DNA from: Catajapyx aquilonaris
Lineage: Eukaryota
Reading direction: 5' to 3'
NCBI GenBank assembly: GCA_000934665.2
Contig: JYFJ02001577.1
Location: 1 to 64,000 of the forward strand
Length of the DNA: 64,000 nucleotides
The position numbers were made by a program, and so were the translations under genes. The notes below the pieces were generated by a model. It was not told the origin of the DNA and ran no database searches. It saw only the letters and a list, made by a program, of their open reading frames with translations. Below, piece after piece: positions 11,301 to 23,300 of this stretch. Each line of letters opens with the position of its first letter. Position 1 is the first letter of the stretch.

Positions 11301-14300
11301 TAACCCGCCTCACTCCAGAATTGGAAATGCAACAGAGTTGAGCCCAGTAGGCAACAAACTGGTTTGAACCAGTGATGTGCTAAAGTGGAAGCTGAGGTTT
11401 TGCAAAGATAACCTGGGAGGGACAATAGAGGTGGAACAAACAGTTGGGGCAAAACAATCAAAATATCTGAGGTCATAAAGGAGCGTAGGATGCGTAAAAT
11501 ATTAAACGTTGCAGTTAGCGTTTAACTAGTTGATCCGGTAGGACCTGCGTACTTATTTAAATGAGTGAATGGAGTTTAGCAATTGCAAAAGTAGTTGTGA
11601 GTGCTCCTGCCCGCTGATAAGGTAGATAGGGATGAGTTAGATACACTTCTTATCAATGGGAGCTGATGCGGGACAGTTCAGTGCCGACTCACTATAGCTC
11701 TTACGCTTGTAGCTTTTATTCAGGTGAATATTAAGATAATTGTTATTGATGATGTTAGTGTTTCGTTAATGTTATTGATTTATAATATATGTATTTTTCT
11801 TCCCCTCCCGACCACATCAGCAACATTTGTTTCCCCCCCAAGATTAGGGGGCTTGCCAATTGGAGGCAATCCATTTGCCATGGTGCGTGCAACGGTTCCT
11901 ACAAAAGGACCAATAGACACACCTGAACCATTTGTGCGATTGACACCCAGCAGGCTAGGTGCTAGCACTTCATCAGGTATGGAATAAATGATAGAATAAG
12001 ATCGTTTGTATTTAAAAACCCTGTGATAGAGTAGATAGTAATGTTGATATTTTTTCATAGCGTAATTGATTTAGGCTACATATATTTGTTAGTTGATGAG
12101 TACTTTTAGTTTTTTTAAATTATTGCTTTGGCTAATTCGTCAGTTAGCCTCAGTCTTCCCCTTTATGTTGTCCTCTGACAGTTTTTTGTTCTTCTCCTTC
12201 ACAGAGATTTACACTTTTAGGTTGTGTTAATATGATGACATTGAGGGTTCACCATCTCTGTTTTCTGCAGGCGCTAGAATAATTTTACCAACACGGAGAA
12301 ATGCAAAGGGAAAATAATGGTAACGCTCCGTATGCCGTTACTTTCTCGCTTGAAGTCAAAAGATATTACTCCTTCTTTAAAGCCACTCTTTTGAGAGCTT
12401 GTGTTGTTCAACCACAAAGTAACTTTGACTTCAAGCGCATTATTTTGTTGGTATGATCTCACTTCACTGTGAGATGATCCCAATCTGTGTGTGTGCTGAG
12501 TCATAAAGTCCAGAAAAAGCTGCACTGGTAAAAGCCCTGGCCTTTGATGATTAACTCACACCCTTAGTTAGATGTTAATTTCATGTGAGGAGAGTAGATG
12601 TACTGTTGGCCAAGTCGTAATTCTTTTTTTTCCCTGCATTCCTCTGCTTCCATTGTCATACTTTTTGATGAACAATAAAATGCAGAAAATTCTTTCTTAA
12701 TCATAATGCAACTTTGCGTCAAGCTAAGAAAAACAAAATGCCATTTGAGACATTGCAGATACAGTGAGGCTACCTGCATTGTTGTTAAAGCCTCACTGCT
12801 TTATTTAGCTCATAAGGTTGCAATATAAGTGTTGATGAAAACAATGGTGATTGCAGGTATCTAACTCTTTTTTAAAATGTGTTGGCACAGGGAGCACTGA
12901 AGCTACATCAATAAGTTCAAAGCCTGTGTTGCGACCCTCGTCCTTGATTTCTGGGGCGAAGTTTGGCCCATCGGACGGCAGAGGCGATGGGCAGCCGGAG
13001 AAATCTGGGACGTTTCAGTTCCAGCCGTCCAGATTGGGGAACCCTTTTGACAAAAGTGAGTTATTTTAATACGTTTATGCAACCTGGCATCTTATGCTAT
13101 TTTGTGCACTATACAGGGTGCTCAAAAACTCGCGGAAAGTCGCCAGGTAGCCTGATAGGACTCGCAAAACTAATATAGGGATGTGGAAGTCGTTTTGGGC
13201 TAACTTGCATAGTTTTTGCGTACGACGCCTTCAAGATTTCGGCAGTTTCATGACGTCACATCCGCCATGAGGCCCCCCATTGCATCATCATACATCTTGT
13301 TGTGGCTGTTGCCATTGGCACTGATTATTGTTACGAATATTGTCAACTGTGATTGTTGAGAAATAAACAACGATTTCAGTCTGGCAATTGTCGACTGGCC
13401 ACAGATACAAGCTGACATCGTTGTTTATTTCTCAACAATCACAGTTGACAATATTCGCACCAATAATCAGTGCCAATGGCAACAACCACAACAACATGTA
13501 TGATGACGCAATGGGGGCCTCAAGGCGGATGTGACGTCATGAAACTCCCGAAATCTTAAAGGCGGTAAGGAAGGGAGAAAAATAATTTTGAACCCCCCTC
13601 CTTCCCCCTCCCAAGAGAAGAAATATGTGAACATTATTTACACCTTTATGAGTGAGGGGGGTGAACGATGGAAGAAAGCGATAGTCACGTGATATATTTC
13701 TCTGTCGCCTTGTGTTGGAACGGAATATTTTCTAAATCAGTCTAAAGGCGTCGTACGCAAAAACTATGCAAGTTAGCCAAAAACTACTTCCACGTCCCTA
13801 TATTAGTTTTGCGAGTCCTATCAGGCTACCTGGCGACTTTCCGCGAGTTTTTGAGCACCCTGTATAATTTTGTGAAACGACTTTGTATTGATCCTCATCA
13901 TATTACACACTGTTGGTGTAATTTCATTAATACAAATGAAACTGTAGATGACGTTCAATTGATATTTAGACCGTTTATCCCTTGCAGCTGAATCAGGGGA
14001 TGAAAAAATGGAGACCAAGGCTGAGGAAGAGATCGAATCTGAACTGGTACCTAAACCTGGAGGAAGTAACGAGCATGGGAATTCCACTATTGACGACGAC
14101 GGTGCAAAGACTGGCAGTGCCATATTTGTGCCCCTCGCTCCAACAGCACATGTACTCAAGGACGACAAGTAAGTGTTGGAATCAATCTGTACTCATGTCA
14201 TGACTCTTAACGTTTTCGCTCTTTCCTAGCTTTGCTCCTCATGGGCAGCAGTCTAGCGTGCCTGGGTTTGTGTTTGGACAGAATCTCCGGGAGAGAGTGA

Positions 14301-17186
14301 CAGTAACAGACGCTGCACCCCCTACGCATGCCGTACGTGACATGACGCTAAGGGATGTGTCTGGACTCCCTGGCACTTCTCCACAAAACATGACTACCAC
14401 TTCCAAGGGATCAGGAGCCACCACTAACGGAACACCTGAGAATCTCTTCTCGGCTGCACTCAAGAATGACAAGAGTGACGGAGAGGTGGGGTCTCTAATT
14501 GCAACACGTCTAGTCTAGTATATTTATAGTCATGCATGTCCTTTTGAACATGTCTGTATGGTGTGAAATCCTTTATTGCCCATTGTTAGTACAACAGGTG
14601 GTTAACGCATCATTTTATTACATGCAATAGAACTGAGCTCACATTGGTAAAGGTGGAAATATTGCAGACGCCCCCGTAAAGTCACCTTCAAGTATGTGTT
14701 GGAATCATACGTAATGCTACAAATCCCAGTCTAAATGGAGGTGAAGTGATAGTAGCGAGTACAAATGATCATAAACAATTGTGAGCCAGCTTATGCCGTG
14801 AATTTTTGTACATGTCGGAGAAGTGGTCACTGATGGCAAGGTCTTCATAGGAGAGCAACGATTGGGCGAGCAAGTCAACGTCTCCAAAGACCAAATCTCT
14901 TAGTGAGGCAGCTAGGGAGTATGAAGAGTCAAGGGCAGTGAAGAGGAAGTTTGAGGAGGTGCAGGTGATCACAGGCGAGGAGGACGAGTCCAATGTGCTG
15001 CAACTGAACTGCAAGCTATTTGCATTTGACAAGGTCAAGTCCTCCTGGACTGAAAGGGGCCGAGGGCAGCTCAGACTCAATGACAAGGACCTGGGAGACG
15101 GAACCATGCAATCTAGACTCATCATGAGGACGCAAGGGAGCCTCAGGCTCATACTCAACACCAAGGTTGGTGATCCAGTTTGTTTTGTTTACTCCCGGTG
15201 TGTTTGCATACACCGAATTTTAAATATCAGGCTGATGTCACTATTTGTCGTCATCATAATTGTGATTGCATATTAACGAGACCAGTGACGTCAGCCTGTC
15301 GAGCCTTACCATGGTCATGTCTTTCACGGTTTAATTTATTTGTAAGGGAATATTTTATTACGTTGCTGCGAGATATTTTACCAATGATTATTTCCCATCA
15401 GGTGTGGACAGGCATGTCTGTGGATCGCCCAAGTGACAAGAGCATCCGCTTCACGGCCTCAGACTCAGAGCAGATAAAAGTCTTCCTCATAATGGTGAGC
15501 CAACTGCTACGTTCACATTGAAGTAATTTTACATGCATCGCAGTGTTCGTACTACAACTCCCGTTTTTTTCCAAACACCCACCCCATACAAATTGCTTAA
15601 AAAAAAAAAGCAGGCAAGTGTGAAGGACACAGAGCAGCTCTTTAATGCACTGGAGTGGAGAGTGGCCACCCTGAGGTCTCAAGAGGAGAACAAGTCGGTG
15701 GAGAGGCTGTGCCCCGCAGCAACCTTCTCCCGATCTTCCTCCGCGTCCTCTTCCTCGCGTCGTTCCCCGCCACAAAACTCCCCTCCCATGCACTTTCAGA
15801 TGTCTGTCCCAGTAAGGAAGGAGGAAGCGTTGGACGACTCCCCGCCAAAGAAACTGAGGCAGGAGGACGGGGGAGAAGACGGAGGAGGTGGTGGGGGGGA
15901 GGAGAAGGGAGGCGGAGAGGGGACGTCGCAGCAGGTGAGCTGGCCTAAAGCAATGTTCGTCAGGGAAGGGTTCTGATCTGATGTCCTTATCAGGCAGTTT
16001 TGGGTTCTGAGGCAGAAAACCTTTTGGACATGGGGTGTGTGATTATGTTGTGTTCAGATGTTGGTTGCGTGGATGGATTTTTCACATGCCTGGTAAATGA
16101 TTACTGTATTTGACGGCATATAAGACGCACCCCCATATCAGTAGGTCATATTCAGAAGAAAAAAAAAATGTCTTTGGCATATTTTCGCATATAAGAAGCA
16201 GTGTGATTTTTTTTATATTATTTTTTGCGGAAAAAGTGTCTCTCATGCCTACAAATACGGTATGTCAGGATGAGTTTTTGAATGGGATTGATCATGCGAT
16301 TTTTGGCGAGATTTAGATAATAAATTCAACAATGATACGATTAATTTTGAACTGGATGCATTATCGGATCCCGGTCAGGAAAAGACTGAAGATGTTGAGG
16401 GCTGGTTTTTTAACGTATGCCAAACTTATTAATTATTAATTTGCTTTTGGATTGGTGAGAGTTGTGGAAATGGTTCAGCAGGGTTCATATGTTGGAACCA
16501 AAAATTGCTTGTTAAATGTAAAACCCATGTTACCATTGTCATTGGAAAAATTGTGTACAAACAAGACTACTGGAGCTGTTGCCGACTTCCTTTCACAATG
16601 AAAGGAGGTTAATTTGTTTCGTTATGAAAGTATGCAGATAGCTGTCACCCATCCGTCACCTACTCTCCTTCTGCTGTACGCCTTCCTGCTGTGTATGATG
16701 AATTAATGGAGTTGAAAATGACGTATCAGGTAATGCGTGTACAAGAGAGTGTGTCATCAAGGATGACATGAAATCACCCAATTTCTTAACGGCCCCCCCC
16801 GGAGTCATTAGTGCTACTCTAGTATCCTAACGTAATGCACTAGTTAATCCCAAGGCACAACGTATGGTTATATTTATATTGCTTGCATGAGTGGCTATGT
16901 GCTTTTTAATTTTTAATTTTAATGACACGCCTTCTTGTACACACAGTGATGGTCACATGAATCATGAAAATGTGAGAGATGAATTGCTTGGGAATATTTT
17001 TCCTGCTGAATGGGTGGTTTAAAATAATAATAAAAAAGTCTGGAATTTTAAAATATAGATAATGTACTAGGAATTTAAAAATCTGCATGCAATTTCACGG
17101 CTAATTAAGTATTGGACTCAGAGAAACGGCCACAAAAGCGTTCATGATTTGTTCTTGAAGCAGGACTTTCCTTCTTTTAGGTGTGA
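2334..17186 (+). CDS. RANBP3: Ran-binding protein 3 (CRM1 export cofactor; FxFG motif plus RanBD/PH-like domain)
   Basis: Phase-consistent GT-AG exons: 2334-2352 (MADSEL), 7369-7415, 7501-7645, 10876-11031, 11821-11976, 12891-13055, 13988-14168, 14230-14485 (FVFGQNLRERV), 14851-15165 (ITGEEDESNVLQLNCKLFAFD..WTERGRGQLRLND..SRLIMRTQGSLRLILNTK), 15402-15494, 15614-15934, 17181-17186 (V-stop). The N-terminal low-complexity exons and the last exon are less certain than the RanBD exons. Confidence 0.9.
2901..3054. mobile_element. PIF/Harbinger-like MITE, copy 1
   Basis: About 26-bp TIRs GATGTGTTTACATGTGAGCGATTTGA / TCAAATCGCTCACATGTAAATGCATC. Homologous to 23932-24082. Confidence 0.7.
4560..4745 (+). 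mobile_element. Degenerate V-domain-like SINE fragment
   Basis: GGTTCTCTCTGTGCTTGTATGGGTTTTCGCGGGGTTCTC resembles the reverse complement of 5995-6050, and is followed by an ATT-rich tail. Confidence 0.45.
5090..5677. mobile_element. Degenerate non-autonomous DNA transposon of the same family as 20809-21544
   Basis: 5091-5176 aligns with 20849-20915 and 5586-5677 aligns with 21453-21544. The right end is GAGGTAATACAG|TA. Confidence 0.6.
5232..5334. repeat. Perfect inverted repeat with 51-bp arms and a 1-nt loop
   Basis: 5232-5282 is the exact reverse complement of 5284-5334. Confidence 0.95.
5900..6155 (-). mobile_element. tRNA-derived SINE with a V-domain-like core
   Basis: Plus-strand GTGGGAGGAAACGGGAGAGCCCCAAGAAAACCCCCATGCAAACACGGAGAGAAC is the reverse complement of a V-SINE-like core. 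A degenerate A box lies at about 6120-6150. The tail resembles 28423-28456. Confidence 0.6.
13114..13862. mobile_element. Tc1/mariner-type fold-back MITE with a 178-bp insert
   Basis: TA|CAGGGTGCTCAAAAACTCGCGG...CCGCGAGTTTTTGAGCACCCTG|TA, with near-perfect arms of about 265 bp. The right arm is interrupted at 13565-13742 between two copies of TAAAGGCG. Confidence 0.9.
16104..16260. mobile_element. Tc1/mariner/pogo-like MITE (CCGTATTT-type TIR)
   Basis: TA|CTGTATTTGACGGCATATAAGACGCAC ... GTGTCTCTCATGCCTACAAATACGG|TA: imperfect TIRs with a TA duplication. Confidence 0.65.
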
Positions 17187-17616
17187 AACGTAATTGAAGG
17201 CATCACTTTTCTACTCGACACACCAAAAAAAAAGTTTACCCTGTGTTCTGTACAGACCAAATGACAAAAAAAAAATGGAAGACCAGTGGACCGGACGAGA
17301 AAATAAATTGTAGTGAAAAAAAAAAGAGTGGATGAAAGCAGAAGGAACAAGCTTGAGAAATGACATTTATTTTGTCATGTACAGTTAACATTCACATTTT
17401 TTCAGTTTTTTGGAAAAACAAAAACAGCATTTTTTTTTTGCTTAATTTCACCAGTCTTGATACTATTTCCGTGTGTTTAGTACTGCGTTTTGTCAGTACA
17501 GATATTTAGACACTATTGTGTCTTCTTACTAAGCATAAGTGGTTTTTTTTCTGTGACAATTAACTTGTTAATCTGTATGTGTATGAGTGAATGTTACTTT
17601 TTTCATGTAAAAGATA

Positions 17617-17883
17617 AATAAAAAGCAACAGGATTAGTTGGCGGCTAAGTTCATGATGTTAATTCACCAAATATTGTTAGAAATCTGCTTTGGGAACTTG
17701 AATCAGGCCAACTTCAATTATTGTGTATTACCCTATTATGTTGGAAGTAGTATTAAACGTCACATGGATTGAATAAACTCCACATGTCAAATGCGCAGTC
17801 TTGATGCGAAAAGGAAGCAGACGCCTAGTAGAAAAAGTTGCTTTTCCCTCTATCCAGCGTAGCACCACACCCTCAGGTTTATT
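17617..17883. terminator. Convergent polyadenylation signals of RanBP3 (+) and FBXW9 (-)
   Basis: AATAAA on + at 17617 and 17772, and on - at 17878-17883, about 35 nt past the FBXW9 stop. Confidence 0.5.
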
Positions 17884-17916
17884 ATTCCACAGTTAAATTT
17901 AAAGGCAAAGAATAAG

Positions 17917-19635
17917 TTAACCCTGTTCAATCTTTGGTTTCCATATTAAAACCGAACCGTTTGTTGCCGCTGCAGCCACCATCCCATCGTGAATGTCAAT
18001 CTGGAAGTAAGGATGAGTGCTTACATGATTATTCTCTTCAACACATGGAAAAGAATAGGTATCAAAAAGGTGCTTACTCCTGCGAGACCTTCACATTCGG
18101 ATGTGAGAACGGCTATAGGTTTGTGCTTCTGGCTGGGTTCCAAAATCCTGAGACTCCCATCAGTGGCGCAGGTGATGACGCTGCCTAGACCGCAGTAGAC
18201 TCCTGTCACACGTGCCCAGTTGTTGAGGACTTGCGTCTGTTTCAGCTCGTACTTTCCTTCCTTTGTGTCGATCACGTGCAGGCGACCGCTTTTGTCTCCT
18301 ACGTACAGCAGATTGCGGATCTGATGCATTGACAGCGGATAACTTCCAGGAATCTGATTAAAGTAAGACAAGAGTCAGCTTCTATAGAAATTTCAGACGT
18401 CCCTCGATTGACACCTTGAGTGTAGGGCAACGTGGAACCAACCTGTAAAGACTTAAACTTCTTCCCGGCTGCCCTGTCCCAGATGGCGACGCTACCATCT
18501 TCGCTTCCTGTCAGAATCTTGTTTCCATCGACTAGCATGCAGAGGACAGGCCTTTGGTGCTCTCGGTACCATCTGATCGCCCGGAACTCTGCTCTGGGGT
18601 CGTACATCAGCACCTTCTTGTCGTACAAACCTGCTGCCAGCAAGTCAGCCTGAAGATGGGCACAGAGTACAGCCACTCTACACTTGTGCTCCGCTATCGT
18701 ATCCACCGAAGCCTGCCCCACTTGCCACACCTGCAATGAAGCATTTTTACTATGGTTTCGCATAAATCGCAACTTGTGCATTACCTTGAGAGATGTGTCC
18801 CAACTAGCAGAGGCCATTTTTGTCTCCCAAGAGGAGATGGACCACACCCAACCCCGATGTGCTTTACTGAGCTTGTGAAGAACAGCTTTCGAAGCGTTAG
18901 CCGTGGTCATAGGTTCTGAAGGGTCAAGGGCATCCACGTTCCAGGCTATTATGCTCCGGTCTCTTGACCCAGAGAAGCAGATACGGCTGTTCTGAAGCGA
19001 AAGCGAAGGTGAGTAGTCGGGTGGCTCACTCATTACATTTGTAGTTACCTTCATGAAATGCACTGTGTCTACAGAAGAAAAGTGAACCCCGCTAAGAGTG
19101 AATGTATCCATGTTGGCTGCCCTATTTGCCCACATGTGTCGTTGGGTCTCACGTTCCACGCACGCTCGTTTCCAGTCAAACTCCTCATTCTGGACTGCAA
19201 AATAACGTACGGAATGTAAGCGCTTCGTTAACTACTCATTCCGCAGCTACACCTGCCTGGAAGAGGTGGATACACGTCATCAGGCCATTGCTTCGCCATG
19301 CGTATCCTCCACGTCACATTGTCATTGACTATCTCGTAGAACTTCTTACACACCAGGCCTAACGTTTTACTAGCAAATTCTGCGTCCAGAAAGGAAAATA
19401 TGTGCAGGAACACCTAGAACAACATCACACTCTTGTTAATGTCAAAATATAATAATGCGAATAGTACTTTTTTTTTTCCCACATCAAACCGTTATGAAAA
19501 TATATTTCCTGCAATTATTATTATACTAGCCTCGATTGGAATGTTGTCCAACGACCACTGGAACGGTGCATCTCCTTCCTCGTTTCCCTGTACCTCAGGC
19601 TGTCCCTCCACCGGATTATTCGCATTGTCTTCCAT
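17917..19635 (-). CDS. FBXW9: F-box/WD40 repeat protein 9 (FBXW9/MEC-15-like)
   Basis: Exons 19635-19531, 19413-19257, 19194-19049, 18991-18785, 18730-18443, 18353-18078, 18000-17917. Motifs: F-box LDNIPIE|VFLHIFSFLD..LGLVCKKF, family motif YPPLP.QNEEFDWKRAC.E.E, and WD40 repeats (FSGSRDRS..W, AHRGWVW..SASWD, TGSEDG..IWD). The model needs GC donors in introns 1 and 2. Confidence 0.88.
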
Positions 19636-20324
19636 AATAATTGCAGTAAAAAAAGCTGTAAATTTTTTGGGTGGCTTACTCTTTTTTTCCACCTTTTTTT
19701 TTTTTTTTGTATTCCGTCAGCTGGAACAACAAAAGGCCGCGTCCGACTGAACTGTCGTAAAAACCAAAGAGTGGTAAAAACACAGTGCGTTAATATCCTT
19801 TGTAATTAATCCGAACGCATTGCTTTTTAAATAATTTTAATAATATTTAAATTAATTAATACCAACAAAAACAATCGAATATGGCGCAGGATACTCGCAA
19901 GACCGCTTATGAAATCGGACGCACCCTAAGTGCACTATTAATATTTCGAATTTAAAATAATTGCATTGAATTTACGGGTGTAATTAGGGTAGTTATCCCT
20001 CTAATTATTTGGTTGGGCGTCCCTCCCGGCATTGGAGCACCCCCCTCTGGTGGTGAGATCCCCCGGCGCAGGCTCTCCCTTCTCGCCGCTCCCTCCTTCT
20101 TCCCCACCAAGTTTCCGTCCGCCATTAGAGGGAAGAGAGATCGTGTTCCAAGCTTCCCCCCTCTCGAAGCACTGCCGACCCCGGACAATCCCAGACCGCC
20201 CCGGGGGCAGCCGCATCCCTGGGCCGACCCCATCCCCGTTAGGCCCGCCACCCTCCCTTCCCAAACCCCGGGAATAGAGAGTGAGTGCATCTCCAGGCCT
20301 GGCCTGAATAAAAAAGAAGCCAAG
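19636..20324. promoter_or_regulatory. Bidirectional promoter and 5'UTRs of FBXW9 and Transportin
   Basis: Divergent start codons lie only about 690 bp apart, with a GC/CpG-rich segment at 20010-20300. Confidence 0.65.
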
Positions 20325-23300
20325 ATGACGAACATGGCGTGGCAGCCGGAGGAGAACGGGGTCCGGCATATCCTGCAGCTGCTCAAGGAGTCGCAGTCAC
20401 CGGACACGGCCACGCAGAGGGTCGTGCAGGAGGTAAATATAATATGTTCAATTTGAAGGAGGATTATTTATAAAAAAAAACAACAACAACTGGATAGCCA
20501 TGTAACGTACAGAGTGGAACACTGCACGGCTACATTACATAATTTTTTTTGTACGCAAACCATGTACATTTTGGATAGGAAATGTTATCAACTGCTGCTG
20601 ACCAGTCGGGGCTAATAACCTGAGATGCATTTCCCAACGAAAATTATTTGGCACCGATCCCACTTTCCAGAAGGCTTCACCACCACTGTGCCGTACTATT
20701 CTAGTGGCAATATTTCAAAGAGAACCACAGAACTTACTCATCCGATGTGAACACTTGCTCACTAGTATCACTAGATCCATATCAGCAGTTGAGATTGATT
20801 AATCAGTACCGTATTACCTCCACGGTATGCTGGTATAGTCGAGGTCAACCAGTTTTTAGAACTGCATGACCTGGTTGCTATACTGGCATGCCGGTATGAG
20901 GCGAGGATTTCACTTAATTAACCCTTTATTAGTATTAGCGATATAATTACGGGGGTGGCATGGTGGTCTGGTGGTTACGCCACTGGCCAGCCAAGCGGGA
21001 GGCCGGGGTTCAAATCCCGTCCAGCCTCTGCTTGGCCTGGTCTTTTTCCGCTTTTCACCCGACATGCCGGGGCAGAATTGCACTCCCTACTTTGCACAAG
21101 GCTAGGAGAAAAGGTACCTAGTGTATTCCAGAAAGTCAGAAATGACTACTGCACAGCGCCCTCCCTTGGGAACCTCCCCTTCCCCCCTACAAGGACGGGG
21201 TAAATATTTAAAATATTACGATATAATTCATATTAACCGCCTATACCCAAGTGCCTGAAGTATTAAACCAGTGAAAACTGCGACCAGGTATTGAGCCAAA
21301 TGAAGGACCTAAGGAATTTGCCTTGATTCTTTGTGATGGAGTAGGGGGGTTCCCCTCTCAGAGTGCAACAGACAAGCTTGCATATTCTCACAGCCCTGTT
21401 GAACATATTATTTCAGTACGACCTATGAAACGCTTTCTAAAATATTTGACACGGATCAAAATTATGGAAATCTACCTCGAATATTGCGGCATGCTGGCCA
21501 CCCGCGGGTTATACCTGCATGCCACTTTAAGTGATGTAATATGGTATGAGTAAGACACATGGAAGTGTGGGAGAAAATGGATTTGGCGAGACTGAGATAA
21601 ATATTCTGCAATGTCGCGGTGTCATTTCTTCAAGTTCGGCAATGAGCTGATGCTAATGGCTCAGTCTTGAAATCCTTCCAACATTGCCTGCACTATTGGG
21701 CAGTGTGTGGGAAGCTGCTGAGAAAGATACAAAACAAAGTTGGGAGTGTTTTGTAAGCGGTGTTTGGTTCTAAAATTGTGTGCCACCTTCATGTGATTTT
21801 AATGGTGCACATGTGACTAAGGCTGCATCTATTTGTGTCACCATGTAAAAAGGAATATGCTGCAACATGATTAGGTCAGTAGCATCGGGCATGAATTTAG
21901 TTGAGTATTCTCATAGATGACATTATCACAGATTTTCCAAGCGAAATGAGGAAGCATGCACTTTTATCACCCCAGATTTTAGTATTCACATTCTTCAAAT
22001 ACTATCCTGCATATCAGTGGAAAAATGTACGATGTGCTGCGGTTATTGTGGTTTTATGTGTATAAGAAGATGAGTAGGAATCTTGGAGTAGTTATATGGA
22101 GGAAAATGAAGATGAGAATATGAATAAATCAACTTATTCAATGGGACAGTTATAACTTATAGCAGATGAGAGCGTCAGGTTTATTTTTGCCCTTGTGTAA
22201 ATATCACATTGATTGTAATGTTAATTTCAGAAACTGGAAGAGCTGAATGGCTACCCTGACTTCAACAGCTACCTTATATTTGTCCTCACCAAACTCACCA
22301 CAGAAGGTAAGATTTCTCTAAAAGTGATTGCATGCATTGTTCATGGACTGATTTGAAAAATTACATGGTGTACAATTCAGATGAGCCAACACGTTCATTG
22401 AGTGGACTCATCCTGAAGAACAACATGAAGAAGTATTTCAATGACCTGCCAACCGAAGTGGGAAATTTCATCAAGAGTGAGTGCCTGAATGCTGTTGGTG
22501 ACCCATCCCCACTGATCAGGGCGACCATTGGAATCATCATCACCACCATCGCTTCACAAGTCAAGGTTACAAACTGGCCTGACTTGCTGCCCTCACTCTG
22601 CAGCATGCTAGACTCGCAGGACTATAATGTTTGTGAGGTGAGTAGCCTCAGTGTTTGCCGATTTGTTACATGGATTTTTGTACATAATGCTGCAGTCTAA
22701 ATACGACCATCCTTTTCCCTTTTTTTCCAGGGTGCTTTTGGAGCTCTGCAGAAGATATGTGAAGATTCCAGTGAGATTTTGGACAGTGAGGAGATGAACC
22801 GACCCATGAACATATTGATACCCAAGTTTATACAGTTCTTCAGACATAGCAGTCCCAAAATTAGGTTAGTTGAGTTTATTGTACATAATGGGCCTATGTG
22901 TTAGGCGAAACATGGTGAACTATGTTGCCTGACAAATACTTTTTTGTTAAATGCAACTAAACATACTAACAATACTTTTTCAGGTCTCATGCCATTGCTT
23001 GTGTCAATCCATTCATCCTGAGGCGATCCCAAGCATTGATGACACACATAGACGCCTTCTTAGATGTGAGTAACTCGGTTTATTGTCAGCTGGAGCTTAG
23101 AGTGACATGGATTTTGTTTCCTTACAGAACTTGTTCCACCTTGCAACTGATGATGACACGGAAGTGAGGCGAAATGTGTGCAGGGCATTAGTGACACTTC
23201 TGGACGTTCGGATGGACAGACTCATCCCCTACATGCCAAGCATTGTTGAGGTGAGAAAGAATTATTTGCCTATTGAACGTTTGGTTTAATTTTCTGTTAC

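Noticed and set aside
20013..20324. 104-codon in-frame upstream extension of Transportin
   Set aside because: It has no ATG and is C-rich low-complexity 5'UTR where stops are rare by chance. Recognisable homology starts at MAWQP.
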